Assembly (NCBI GenBank): GCA_047601445.1
Contig: JASGJH010000001.1
Coordinates: 2,176,001 to 2,240,000 of the forward strand
Length of the DNA stretch: 64,000 bases
Reading direction: 5' to 3'
Origin: Myxococcales bacterium
GTDB lineage: Bacteria; Myxococcota_A; Polyangia; Polyangiales; DASUME01
In this document: in pieces, positions 38,719 to 50,577 of the stretch
Numbering within the stretch: the stretch's first letter is position 1
Layout: each line of letters opens with the position of its first letter
Made by a program: the position numbers and the translations under genes
The notes under the pieces: model-generated
What the model saw: the letters and a program-made list of their open reading frames with translations, nothing else
Told to the model about the DNA's origin: nothing
The model's database searches: none

Positions 38719-40830
38719 TCAGCCCTCGGGGTTCCCGAACGGCGGCGGCGGCACCGAGCCACGAATCTGGGCGCGCAGGTTCTCCTCCAGCTGGAGGATG
38801 CGCTGATCGCGGTTGGCGAGTTCGCGCTCCACATCGACCAGACGAGCGTCGCGGGCGGCCAGCTCCGAGCGCAGAGACTCCTCGGCCTGCGACGCGGCCG
38901 AAGCCCCGAGCGTGTTCGCGCTGCCTCCGGGTGAACCGGCCAAACTCGCCAGGATGCCGCGTGCCTCGGCCAGCGCGGCCCGTGCATCGTCGCGCTCCGA
39001 GCGGGCGTCTTGCTCGCGGCGCTGAGCCAGCTCCACGCGGGCTTCCGTCTCCACGCGCAACGCATCGGCATCGGCGCGCGCCAGACGCAGCTCGTCCTGC
39101 GTGGCTCGCAGGTCGTCCTCGAGACTGTCCATACGGCGCCGTGCGGCTTCGAGTTCGGCATCGAAGGTATCGATGCGCTCGGCATCTTCGGCGTGGGCCT
39201 CGGCAAACCGATCGGCTTCCTCGAGCTCGCGCGTCAATTCACGCACGCGGTGCTCGAGACGGTCGAGCTCTGCCTCGAGTTCGACCACGCGGTCCGCGTC
39301 CTCGACCTTGGACTGCATCCGATCGATGTAGTCCTCCAGCTCGTCGATGCGGTCCTTGGCCCGCAGCAGCTCGTCGTCGTCCCCGGGCGCGCTGCTCGCG
39401 GCAGCACGGCTCGAGAGCCGCGCGATGCTCGCAAGCGCCACCTCGGTCTCCTGGGCCCGCAAGCGAAGCCCGGTGAGCTCGCCCCGCGTGCGATCTTCGT
39501 TGGCCTTGTTCGGAATGGTTTGCGCGAGATTGGCGCCGAGCTGCGCCCTCAGTTCGTCGGCTCGCATGGTGGCCGACTCGCGCGCCAGCTCGGCCTCCAG
39601 CGCGCGCTGCACGGCGCGCTCACGCTCGGCCTCCAGCTCGGTGACGCGGGCGTCGTGCTCCACCGCCACATGTTCGGCGCGCTCACGGCTCCGCAGTTCC
39701 TCGAGCAAGTCCTTGGCCACCGTCTCGTGGTGCTTGCGCTCACGGGAGGCCGCCAGCGATAGCTCGCCGGCCTCCACCAAGCGCGCCTCGAACGCCTTGC
39801 ACTCGTCGGCCAGTGCGCCGACCTCCTGACGCGCCGCCTCGAGCGCGCGCTCCGCCTCGAGCCGCTTCGATTGCGCGTCGGCGAGCTCTTTCCTGGCCTC
39901 GCTCAAGCCGCGCTCGAGCGCCTCGTACTGGTTGCGCTCGCGTCCCGCGTTGGCGTCGCGCTCGAGGAGCTCGTGCTCCAGGAAGCGCACGCGGGCGACG
40001 GCGTCGTCGTAGTCGCCTTCGATCTCGGTGAGCTTGCGCTCCAGGTGCTTCCCGCGCTCGAGCTGCCGCTCGGCCTGGGTCTGCGCGCGGCGCAGCGACT
40101 CGACCTCGCGTAGGAGCTCGCTCTCGCGATGCAGCGCGTTGCGCGCTTCGTCTTCCGCACGGTTGAGCTCATGCAACAGCTCCGCGCTGGGCGCGGCGGG
40201 GGCCTGCTCGGCGGGCTCAGTCTCGCTGGCGGGCACCTGAACCCACAAGCGCGCCTCGAGATCCAGCCGCAGGTCGCTACCAAAACCCACGAAGCGCTGA
40301 GCGCGCTCCCGCAGGCCACGCACCAAGCTCGAGTCCACGCTGAAGTCTTCGTCGCGCGGGGCGTCGTGGGCGCCGAAAGAGAAGCCGGACAGGGCCGCCT
40401 GACCGATCACGCGGACATAGCGGAACTCCGCCCCCAACAGCCGCTCGAGGCCCCCCTGGGGTGAGCCTCGTCGGCGACGGCTACCGCCTGCGAACGGAGA
40501 CGTACCGAGCACCAGGATTCCGTCCTCGCGCAGTACGCGGCGCAGCTCGCGCACCGCGTCGGGCCTGGGCTCGGGCAAAAACGAGATGTCGACGGCGACC
40601 ACCAGGTCGAACACGCCATCCCGGAAGGGCAGCTCGGGGACCTCCCCGTTCGAGGGCACCCGACTGCTTGGGTCGATAATCTCGAGCCGCTCGGCGACGC
40701 GTCCCAGGCGCGCTCCCAGCGTCCCCTCGGCTTCTCCCAACAGCAAAAGCCGGCGTCCCTCGGCGAGGGGCTCCAAATAGACAGCCAAAGCTTCGTCGGT
40801 GTGCACGGTATGGGCAACAGGCTGAGTCAT
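38719..40830 (-). CDS. Methyltransferase-like N-terminal domain fused to a long coiled coil
   Basis: LPFRDGVFDLVV...ELRRVLREDGILV, followed by a long E/R/A/L-rich heptad region. Confidence 0.8.
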   Translation of the reverse strand: MTQPVAHTVHTDEALAVYLEPLAEGRRLLLLGEAEGTLGARLGRVAERLEIIDPSSRVPSNGEVPELPFRDGVFDLVVAVDISFLPEPRPDAVRELRRVLREDGILVLGTSPFAGGSRRRRGSPQGGLERLLGAEFRYVRVIGQAALSGFSFGAHDAPRDEDFSVDSSLVRGLRERAQRFVGFGSDLRLDLEARLWVQVPASETEPAEQAPAAPSAELLHELNRAEDEARNALHRESELLREVESLRRAQTQAERQLERGKHLERKLTEIEGDYDDAVARVRFLEHELLERDANAGRERNQYEALERGLSEARKELADAQSKRLEAERALEAARQEVGALADECKAFEARLVEAGELSLAASRERKHHETVAKDLLEELRSRERAEHVAVEHDARVTELEAERERAVQRALEAELARESATMRADELRAQLGANLAQTIPNKANEDRTRGELTGLRLRAQETEVALASIARLSSRAAASSAPGDDDELLRAKDRIDELEDYIDRMQSKVEDADRVVELEAELDRLEHRVRELTRELEEADRFAEAHAEDAERIDTFDAELEAARRRMDSLEDDLRATQDELRLARADADALRVETEARVELAQRREQDARSERDDARAALAEARGILASLAGSPGGSANTLGASAASQAEESLRSELAARDARLVDVERELANRDQRILQLEENLRAQIRGSVPPPPFGNPEG

Positions 40831-40968
40831 GGTGGTCGAACGCCTTACTCCAAACAGGGCGCCATAGTTTCATCCCGAAACGTGAGGGTCAATGCGCGGG
40901 GTATCACAAGTTTCGCGCGCTCCCAGCCGGCCCGAGCGCGAGAGGTCCGGTTCGTGTAGATTGGCTGG

Positions 40969-43900
40969 GTGCACGACTCGCACGGCGGCCCCCTGGACGC
41001 GGCTTCCACCAGCCCACAAGCCGATTGGCGCGCCCTGGAGGCGGCACGCGCCGGGGAACACGCGGCGGCGGCCCGAGAGGCCATGCAGTCGCTCACGCGC
41101 TACCTCGGCCGCGTAGGGCGCCGTGTACTCTGGTTCAAGCTCGTGCGGGGTGGTGCTTTCGCTGCGGGGGCGGGGCTCACTGCGCTCCTGATCTCCACGC
41201 TCACCGCGGGACCGAGCCTGGGTTGGCTCGGCGCGAGCCTGATTTGGGGCGCGCTGGGTGTGGCCGTGATCCTGGCATTCGCCATCGGCGTGGGGCGGCT
41301 CGACGAGCTGCGCGGCGATCGGCGCTCGCTGCTGATCTCGGGTTACGACCTGGGCCTCGCAGAGCGCACGCGATCGGCGGCGGCCCTGGTGCGTACTCCC
41401 AATGGCTCCCCCGAGCTGGTGGCGGCGCACGCCTCGCGCGTGGTCGAGGAGCTCTCCAAGGTGCCGCTCTCGGCCGCCGTGGCGCGACCCGAGAATTGGG
41501 CCCGCATGTCGGTGGTCGCCGCGCTGCTCGCAGTCTTCGCGTTCGGCTGGCTGACGCGCAGCGAGCAGGCCGCTTCCGGACTCTACGCCTTGTTCCACCC
41601 GGGCCAATCGGACGAGCAGGGTACGGCCATCGGCCTCTGGGTGGGGGCGCTCGAGGTCCAGCTCACGTTTCCCGAGCAGCTCGATCAGGCCCAACAAACC
41701 CTGCGCGATCCACGCCTGGTCTCGGTGCCCGAAGGCACGCTCGTGAGCATGCTCGTGACGCCCCGCATCGGCGTGGAGCGCGCGGTGCTCAAGCTCGGCG
41801 ATCAGACGCTACCCATGCGAGCCGACCGCAATGGCGCGTACAAGGTGACCTTCACTGCCGAGACGAGCCTCGACCTCGCGCTCACGGCGCGCATCGACGA
41901 GCGTTGGGTCCGCGATTCGACCGCGCGGACGCTTGTGGTCGCCGAGGACAAGGCTCCCACGGTTGACCTGGATGCCCCCCTCAAGGACCTCTCGGCAGCT
42001 CCCGACGAACCGGTGCCGTTCGTGTATCGCGCGGCCGACGACCACGGCCTCGGCAGCCTCGACCTGGTGGTCCAGATGGGCCCCGGACGCGAGCGCCGCG
42101 TGCACCTCGCCAGCTTCGATGCCGAGAGCGTGCAGCAGCGCTTCGCCTCCAGCACCGACGTGGTCCCCGCGGCGTTCGGCGCACGCTCGGGTCAAACGCT
42201 GGCCGTCTGGATCGAGGCCCGTGATCGCGACGGCTATGGCGGAGTCAACGTGGGTCGTTCGCCGGTCCGCACCATCACGGTGGGCGACGCGGAAGACGCG
42301 CATGGGGCCCCCGTGGAGCTGCTCGAGCGCACGCGCGACCTGTCGGTCGACACCCTGAGCGAACGCATGGAAACGCCGCTCGCCGAGGGCAGCAGCGAGG
42401 CCAAGCTACGAGACAAGCAGTTGAGTCGCAGCACGCGCGGCCTGGTGCGGGCGCTCGACACGTTGGCCACGGCGTATGCGGACGGCACCGGCGACGATGC
42501 CACGGCCGGCCTGTTGCGCGACATGGGCAAGCGCCTGTCCAGGCTGTCCCGCGAGGAGGCCAACGCTGCCGAGGACGGCAGTCAGCGCGAGCTGCGCAAG
42601 CTCGACGACTCGGCCGTCGCCGAGCTGGAAGACGACGTGCTGTGGCTGAGCGACCTGATCGGGCGCGCCAAGCTCGCCAACGCCGAGCACTCGCTGGAGC
42701 GCCTGGCAGCTACGCGCGCGCGCATGCACGAGCTGCTGAAGCAGCTGCGCAAGAGCCAGGATCCTGCGCGCAAGGCCGAGTTGATGGCGGAGATCGCGCG
42801 CGCGCGCGCGGAGCTGGCCGAGCTCGCCAAGAAGCTGAGCCAGGTGCGCCACGACGTGCCCGGCGATTTCGTGAATCACGAAGCTCTCGAGGCCCAGGCC
42901 AGCGAGGATCCGCTGCAGGACCTGGAGAATGCACTGGCGAAGGGCGACATGGAGGCCGCGGAAAAGGCCATGGCCGCCCTGGATCAGCAACTCAACGGGC
43001 TCGAGCACGGCCTCTCCGAGGGCGGCGAAGCCTTCGCCGACGCGCGCTTCGGCCCGCGCAACGCGGCGCTCGAGAAGGCGCGCAACGAGCTGTCCGAGCT
43101 CGAGCGTGCTCAGAAGCAGATCGCCAGCGAGACCGGACGCCTGGCCGACAAGGCCCGCGCCGAGCGCAGCCAAGAAGGCGAGTTCAAGGCCGAGGCCGAC
43201 CGGCTAGCGCAACAGGCCGCGGAGCTGGAAGAACGCACGCGCGAGCTCGAAGCAGGTCGCATGCAATCTCAGGTCTCGGAGAGCCAGGCCAGCGCCGCCC
43301 AGCGCCTGCGGGACGCCCGCGATGCTCTGAAGCAGGGCGACGCCCAGGAGGCGCGGGCCATGGCGCAGCGCGCTGCGGAAGATCTGGGCGGGGTGTCCTC
43401 GGAGATCACACTCGACTCACGCATGTACCCGGGGCCTGACGGCTCGCGCGCGGAGGCCGCCAAGAAAGCCGGCCAGCTCTCGCGCGACGTCTCACGCTTC
43501 GCCGAGGAGATCGAGAAGACCTTGCCGCAGGAACAGCGCGAGCTGTCTCCGGAGGACGGTCAGGCCCTCCGCAAGCAGGCGCCCGCCCAGCGCGGCGTGG
43601 GCGAACAGGCCTCCAAATTGGCCCAGGACATGCGCGACGAGGGTCCCCCTTCCCTGTCGGATCGGATCGGACGCGCCACGCGCGCGATGAAAAATGCGGC
43701 CGAGGCCCTCGAGCGCGGGGACGTGCGGGAGGCGCAGGCCGGCCAGCGCGAGGCCCTCGAGCGGCTGGGCGAGATCAATGAGGACCTGTCGCGTCAGGAG
43801 CGCGCCAGCCGCCAGGGCGATTCCGGTGAAGAGGGCGGCGGCGAGAGCGGGAGCAGCAACGAAAAGGTGGCGATCCCCGAGCAGGGCGACGACGCGCGTC

Positions 43901-44001
43901 GGGCCGAGCTGCGACGTCGCGTCCTGGACGCCCGCCGAGCCCAGCCGCCGGACTCGTTCATGCGATCGGTGGAGCGCTACTACCAGGAGATCCTGCGATG
44001 A
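40969..44001 (+). CDS. DUF4175-like large membrane-anchored protein (Ig-like domains + helical/coiled-coil region)
   Basis: N-terminal TMs, DKAPTV...AADDHGL...EARDRD beta region, Q/E/A-rich helices, C-terminal VERYYQEILR. Start uncertain. Confidence 0.8.
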   Translation: MHDSHGGPLDAASTSPQADWRALEAARAGEHAAAAREAMQSLTRYLGRVGRRVLWFKLVRGGAFAAGAGLTALLISTLTAGPSLGWLGASLIWGALGVAVILAFAIGVGRLDELRGDRRSLLISGYDLGLAERTRSAAALVRTPNGSPELVAAHASRVVEELSKVPLSAAVARPENWARMSVVAALLAVFAFGWLTRSEQAASGLYALFHPGQSDEQGTAIGLWVGALEVQLTFPEQLDQAQQTLRDPRLVSVPEGTLVSMLVTPRIGVERAVLKLGDQTLPMRADRNGAYKVTFTAETSLDLALTARIDERWVRDSTARTLVVAEDKAPTVDLDAPLKDLSAAPDEPVPFVYRAADDHGLGSLDLVVQMGPGRERRVHLASFDAESVQQRFASSTDVVPAAFGARSGQTLAVWIEARDRDGYGGVNVGRSPVRTITVGDAEDAHGAPVELLERTRDLSVDTLSERMETPLAEGSSEAKLRDKQLSRSTRGLVRALDTLATAYADGTGDDATAGLLRDMGKRLSRLSREEANAAEDGSQRELRKLDDSAVAELEDDVLWLSDLIGRAKLANAEHSLERLAATRARMHELLKQLRKSQDPARKAELMAEIARARAELAELAKKLSQVRHDVPGDFVNHEALEAQASEDPLQDLENALAKGDMEAAEKAMAALDQQLNGLEHGLSEGGEAFADARFGPRNAALEKARNELSELERAQKQIASETGRLADKARAERSQEGEFKAEADRLAQQAAELEERTRELEAGRMQSQVSESQASAAQRLRDARDALKQGDAQEARAMAQRAAEDLGGVSSEITLDSRMYPGPDGSRAEAAKKAGQLSRDVSRFAEEIEKTLPQEQRELSPEDGQALRKQAPAQRGVGEQASKLAQDMRDEGPPSLSDRIGRATRAMKNAAEALERGDVREAQAGQREALERLGEINEDLSRQERASRQGDSGEEGGGESGSSNEKVAIPEQGDDARRAELRRRVLDARRAQPPDSFMRSVERYYQEILR

Positions 44002-45568
44002 ACGCGCGGCGTGTGCTGTCGACCCTTTGTCTCGCGCTCTGCCTCGGGAGCGGCGTGGCGCGTGCGCAAAGTGCGCTTTCGGAGAGCTCGGTGGCGCTCG
44101 AGGCCGGCGAACTCACGAGCGCCACCGCCATCCTCGACCGCCTGCCCGAGGCCGAGCAACAGGGCGCTCCCGTGTTGTTTCAGCGCGGCATGATCCGCTT
44201 CCATGCCGGGGCCTATGCCGAGGCCGTCAGTCTGATCGAGCGCGCCATCGCCGAAGCCCCCCGCTCGCCGCACCTCGGCGACTTCCGACGCATGCTCTCG
44301 TGGGTCACCTCGGCGCGCGACATCACCAAGGACTTTGCCGAGGCGCGCTCCGCCGACGGCCGCTACGTGGTGCGCTACGCCAAGGGCCCTGACGAGGTGC
44401 TGGTGCCCTACGCGCTCGAGACCATGGCGCAGCGCCGATCGAGCCATCGAGAAGCACCTCGGGATTCGGCTCCCCGCGCCGATCCGGCTCGAGATTTATC
44501 CGTCTGCGCGCACGCTGTCCCAGGTCTCGAGCCTCACGCTCGAGCACATCGAAACCACCGGCACGGTCGCGCTGTGCAAGTGGAACCGCTTGATGATCGC
44601 TTCACCGCGTTCGCTCGTTTTCGGGTACCCCTGGCTCGACACCATCAACCACGAGCTGGTGCACCTGGCGCTGACCCACAAGAGCCTGAACCAGGCCCCG
44701 GTGTGGTTCCACGAGGGTCTCGCCAAGCTCTTCGAGCGCACCTGGCGCGGGCTCGCGCCCCAATCCTTCCTGCCGCCGGCCACCGACGCTCTGCTGGTCA
44801 CGGCCGCGCACCAGCACCGCTTGATCCCATTCGAGCGCATGCACCCGTCGATCGCGATGCTGCCGTCCCAGGAAGACGCGGCCCTGGCCTTCGCCCAGGT
44901 CGTGACCTTTTTGGAGACCTTTCGCGCCCGCAAGGGAGACGCCGGCCTGGCGCAGGCGATCACCGGCATGGCGCACGGCGAGGACGCGCGGGTAGCGCTG
45001 TCGCAGGTGGCGGGCGAGCCCTTCGAGTCGCTGGAGGGAATTTGGCGCGACGGACTCGCGACACGGCCCGAGCCCCCCAGGAAGCAGACACCCAAGGAGC
45101 TCGAAATTGCGTTTCGTGGAACGCGGCGAGGCCGACGAGTCCCTGGACGTGGCAGAAGAGCGCGCGCGCAAGCACCTGCGTGTGGGTGATCTGTTGTGGG
45201 GACGCAATCACACCTTGGGCGCGGCTCGGGAGTACGAGCGCGCGCAGGGCTACGCGCCCAGCGACCCCATCCTGGCCTCGCGCGTGGCGCGCGCCTCGCT
45301 TTCCTCCAAGAACCCGGCCCGCGCCCTGAGCGCCGTCGACCGCGCCCTCTCGGACCACCCGCAGCACGCCCCCCTACAGGCCCTCAAGGGCGCGGCGCTC
45401 GTGCAGCTGGGCAAGCTCCCGGATGCCGTGGAGCCGCTCCGCGAAGCCATCCGGTTGAATCCGTTCGACCCGGGTCCCCACTGCGAGCTGGTTCGGGCCA
45501 GTCAAGACGCCACGGAGCTCGCGCGCGAACGCGCCGCCTGTGCGAAGCTCGGCGGTCACGCCCCGTAA
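43998..45568 (+). CDS. Exported TPR + peptidase MA-like zinc metallopeptidase (split by two apparent +1 frameshifts)
   Basis: Three consecutive frames join into signal peptide-TPR / NHELVH...PVWFHEGLA / TPR. Junctions near 44427 and 45103. Confidence 0.78.
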
Positions 45569-45649
45569 CACCAGCGGTTTCAGCGACGCGAAACGAGCAA
45601 CCGTAGCTTGGCGCGAGCAGCCTCTGGCGGTACGCTGCACGGGCCCCGC

Positions 45650-46704
<1,055 letters not shown>

Positions 46705-46708
<4 letters not shown>

Positions 46709-47658
46709 GCCAGGATGACACGCCGGCCGTCGACCCAGGCGAACACGCTGCAGGTCTTCCGCCGCGGGCCGTGGACCCGTCGTTCGTGGAGCGGCTCGAG
46801 CACCTTCGCTTCGCCGTGGATGGCGTGGTGGACGGCTTGTTCACGGGGCTGCACAAGAGCCGGCGCCGCGGCGGAGGCCTGGTGTTCGCCGAGCACCGAC
46901 CCTATCGCCCTGGCGATGACCCGCGCACCATCGATTGGCGCGCCTTCGCGCGCAGCGACCATCACCGGGTAAAGCACTTCGAGCACGAGGCCCAGCTGCG
47001 CGCCGTGCTCGCGCTGGATCTGTCGGGCTCCATGGCCTACGGCGGCCCCGCGTTCGTGGCCACCAAGGTGGGCTTCGGCGCCACCCTTTTGGGGGCAGCC
47101 GGCGAAGTCTTGTTGAGACAGGGAGACGCGGCGGGCGTGGCGCTGTTTGCAGGAGAGCTCGTGCGTTGGATTCCTCCCCGTGGGGGTCAAGCCCACGCGC
47201 GCGCGCTGCTCGAGGTGCTGGCCGCCTTCCCACAAGCGGGCGCGCAGACCCGGCTCGCGGAGTCCATCGAGCAAATCGCCGAGCGCACCCACAAGCACGG
47301 CGCCGTGATGATCGCCAGCGACTGCCTCGACCTGCGCGAAGACGCGCTGCGCGGACTTTCGCGCCTGAGCGGGCGCGGACACCGCGTGTGCCTGCTCCAC
47401 GTCCTGCACGCCGACGAGCTCACGCTGCCGTTCAAGGAGCCGATGCGCTTCCTCGGCACCGAAGGTGAGTTGCCCGTCGAGGCCGATGCCCGCCTGCTGC
47501 GCGACGGCTACTTGCGCGAAGTGGCCGCCTTCCAGGCCCGGGTCCGCAACGCATGCGCGGCGAGCGGCGCGCGCTACGTGCTCGCGTCCACCGACCGTCC
47601 CATGCACGAAGTGCTGCGCGAGGCGTTGGCGCCCGAAGGGAGCTCGCGATGGGGGTAG
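46705..47658 (+). CDS. DUF58 / vWA domain protein
   Basis: FAEHRPYRPGDDPRTIDW, MIDAS-like DLSGSM; GTGA overlap with the MoxR gene. Confidence 0.92.
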
Positions 47659-49685
47659 GCCTGCCGCTCGCGCTCCTGGCGCTACTTGGCGTCGGCATCC
47701 CGCTCTGGCTCCACCGCGTGCGGCGCCGCACCCTGCGCGAGGTCGCCCTGCCCACCATCGCGCTGCTCTCCAAAGCCGTTGCGCAGCAGCGCCGCACGCT
47801 CTCCTTTCGCGACCGGCCACTGCTCTACGCTCGCATCGCCCTCACCGCACTGTTCGCCTTCGCGCTCTCGCGCCCTTTCCTCTCGCGTATCGCGAGCTAC
47901 GCCAGCGAGCGCCCGATCGCGCTGGCCATCGTGATCGACGACTCGATGTCGATGGATCGCAAGGCCCGGCTGTCCGGCAATCTCCTCGAAGCTGCGGCCG
48001 CGCGTGCCGAACGCGTGCTCGGTGAGCTCGCTCCCGACTCCGAGGCCAGCCTGATCCTGGGCGGCAACGAGCCGCGCTTGCTCACCCCGCGCACCACGGA
48101 CCTGCCCGCCCTCAAGCGCGAGCTTTCTCGCGTCGATCGGGTGGGCGCGCGAGGCACCGCGCTGGCGCGTGCCGTGCAGCTCGCTCAGCGCGAACTCGGA
48201 GCGTCGCGGCTGGCAGTGAAGGAAGTTTTGGTGCTCACCGACTGTGCCGCCCACGCGGGCGCCGACCGCCTGGCTGCCACCGGCGCGGGCCTGCGCATCG
48301 AGTGCATCCCCACGCGCGAATCGCGCGGCAACCTCTACGTGGCCAGCATGGCGCTCAGCCGCGGGCGCGACTTGAGCGAGCCCGCCACGCTGAGCCTCAC
48401 CTTGGGCGGACACAAGGGGCCCCAGGAGGTCGAGGTCTCGGTGCGCATCGACGGCAAGCAAGTGGCCGAAGCGAGCGTGCCGATGACCGACGACATGGGT
48501 TCCGCGCAAGTCGCGATTCCCCAGAGCACGATGACCCAGGGGCGCGTGCTCGAGCTGCGCATCGACACGCCCAACGCGCTCGCAGCAGACGACCAGCGCG
48601 CCATCTCCCTCGACGAAGGCTCCGAGCTCTCCGTGCTCCTGGTCGACGGCGATCCCGCCCCAAACCAGCTGGACGATGAGCTGCGTTTCCTGGCCGTGGC
48701 ACTCGCGGTCGACGACGGCTCCCATGCGGCTCCCCGCGTGACGCGCATCGACACCGATGGCCTAGCGAGCACCGACCTAGCGTCCTTCGACGTGGTGGTG
48801 CTCTCCAACGTGTTGGCGCCGAGCGACGTGGTGGCCGAACGCCTCGACCGCCACGTTGCCCGCGGCGGAGGCCTTTTGATCACGGCCGGCGAGCACGTGG
48901 ACGCTTTCGCCTATCGCGGGCGCATGAGCACGCTCCTGCCAGCCATCCCCCGCAGCAGTGCGCCGGCCGATCCGCCCATCGCCGTCGATCTCCAGAGCGT
49001 GCTGGCGAGCGATCTGCTGCCCGACGCGGGCCGTGGCCTGGAGACCGCGCGCGTGAACAAGCGCCTGTTGGTGGAGCCGCCCATCGCGCCCTCCACGACC
49101 TTGCTCAACTTCGCCGATGGCACACCGCTCTTGGTGGCTGGTCGCTACCAGAACGGCCGCATCGCGCTGATGACGACCACGGTGGACGACGACTGGGGAG
49201 ACCTTCCGCTGACACCCGGCTTCTTGCCGCTCATGCACGGCCTCATTCGCGGGCTCGCGGCCGTGGACGCCTTGCCCAAGGGCCCCCATCCAGCAGGCAC
49301 TGCGCTCACGGCGCGTGTCCCCACTGGCGCGCGCTCCCTCTACGTCGTCACGCCGGACGGCCGCCGCCTCGACCTGGACGCCAAGCGCAACCAGGTGCGC
49401 ATCGAGGACACCTCCGTGCCGGGCATCTATCGTTCCTTCGCCTCCTTCGACGAGCGCGGTGAGCGTGAGATCCGACAGCTCTCCTTTACCGTGGTCGCCG
49501 ACACACAGGACAGCGAGCTCGGTGAGCGCAGACCCGGCCCCGCCCAAGATCAACCCGGCCAGGCCGGCGCGGCCCGCCCGCGCGGTGTGGAGAACTGGTT
49601 TTGGTTGTTGCTCGGCCTGGCGGCCATCGCCGAAGGCGCCCTGCGTCTACGCAGGCGTCCGCAGGTTCAAGCGTCCGCAGCCTGA
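47649..49685 (+). CDS. BatA N-terminal + vWA + GATase1-like membrane protein
   Basis: Start MGVGLPL; PLWLH...LSRP BatA-like segment, MIDAS DDSMSM, FDVVVLSNV...VARGGGLL, C-terminal TM. Confidence 0.85.
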   Translation: MGVGLPLALLALLGVGIPLWLHRVRRRTLREVALPTIALLSKAVAQQRRTLSFRDRPLLYARIALTALFAFALSRPFLSRIASYASERPIALAIVIDDSMSMDRKARLSGNLLEAAAARAERVLGELAPDSEASLILGGNEPRLLTPRTTDLPALKRELSRVDRVGARGTALARAVQLAQRELGASRLAVKEVLVLTDCAAHAGADRLAATGAGLRIECIPTRESRGNLYVASMALSRGRDLSEPATLSLTLGGHKGPQEVEVSVRIDGKQVAEASVPMTDDMGSAQVAIPQSTMTQGRVLELRIDTPNALAADDQRAISLDEGSELSVLLVDGDPAPNQLDDELRFLAVALAVDDGSHAAPRVTRIDTDGLASTDLASFDVVVLSNVLAPSDVVAERLDRHVARGGGLLITAGEHVDAFAYRGRMSTLLPAIPRSSAPADPPIAVDLQSVLASDLLPDAGRGLETARVNKRLLVEPPIAPSTTLLNFADGTPLLVAGRYQNGRIALMTTTVDDDWGDLPLTPGFLPLMHGLIRGLAAVDALPKGPHPAGTALTARVPTGARSLYVVTPDGRRLDLDAKRNQVRIEDTSVPGIYRSFASFDERGEREIRQLSFTVVADTQDSELGERRPGPAQDQPGQAGAARPRGVENWFWLLLGLAAIAEGALRLRRRPQVQASAA

Positions 49686-50546
49686 ATGCCCGAGACTACG
49701 CGCTCGATGCCCGCAAGGTCGCGGTGCGCGCAAACCGCCTGCAAACCGGCCTGGCTCCAGAGCGCCTTCACCGCCTCGGCCTGCCGATAGCCGACCTCCA
49801 CCAGCAACATGCCTCCCGGCACGAGGTGGCGGCCCGCCGCGCGCGCGATGCGCCGGTAGAAGATTAGCGCGTCGCTCCCCGCGTCGAGCGCCATGCGCGG
49901 CTCGAAGTCACGCACATCGGGAGCAAGCTCAGCCATCTCGTCGGCCCCGATATAAGGCGGGTTCACCGTGATGCAGGCGAAACGTTCATGCTCGGCCACC
50001 GGGGCGAACAGGTCGCCCGCCCGGAACTCCATGCGCTCGGCCACGGCGTGCCGCTCGGCGTTGGTCCGGGCTACCGCGAGGGCTGACTCCGAGAGAATCG
50101 GTGACCACCACGCGCCGCGCGGGCGCTTCGGCCGCCAACGTGACACCGATGGCCCCGCTCCCCACGCACAGATCCAGCACAGGCTCGTCGCCCCCGCGGC
50201 CCTTCAGGAACTCGAGCGCACGCTCGACCAGCGTCTCCGTGTCGGGCCGTGGGATCAACACCGCGCGACTCACATTGAACGCGCGCCCGTAGAACTCGCG
50301 TTCCCCGAGCAGATAGGCCATCGGCTCGTGGTTGCGCCGACGCTCCACCATTTGGCGAATCTTCGACAGCTCGACGTCCATCAACGGGCGCTCGAGGTCG
50401 AGAAACAACGCGATGCGCTTCACGCCCAGCACGTGCGCCACGATCAGGTCGGCCTCGAGCCGGGCGCTCTCCACGCCGCGACGCTCGAAGTCCGACTGGA
50501 TCCAAGCGATCACGCGCCTGACGGTCCATGGCTCGCGGTCGGCCAT
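49667..50546 (-). CDS. prmC: Release factor glutamine methyltransferase (apparent +1 frameshift near 50097)
   Basis: EPMAYLLG, VLIPRPDTE and VLDLCVGSG in one frame; NPPY, FEPRMAL and DLAGIER in the next. Removing one base gives TDLSESAL. Confidence 0.92.
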
Positions 50547-50577
50547 GCTCAGCGCTCGCAATTCAAGGCGCCGGTAC

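Noticed and set aside
44420..45110. Programmed ribosomal frameshifting in the peptidase gene
   Set aside because: No slippery sequence at either junction, and similar +1 events occur in unrelated genes.
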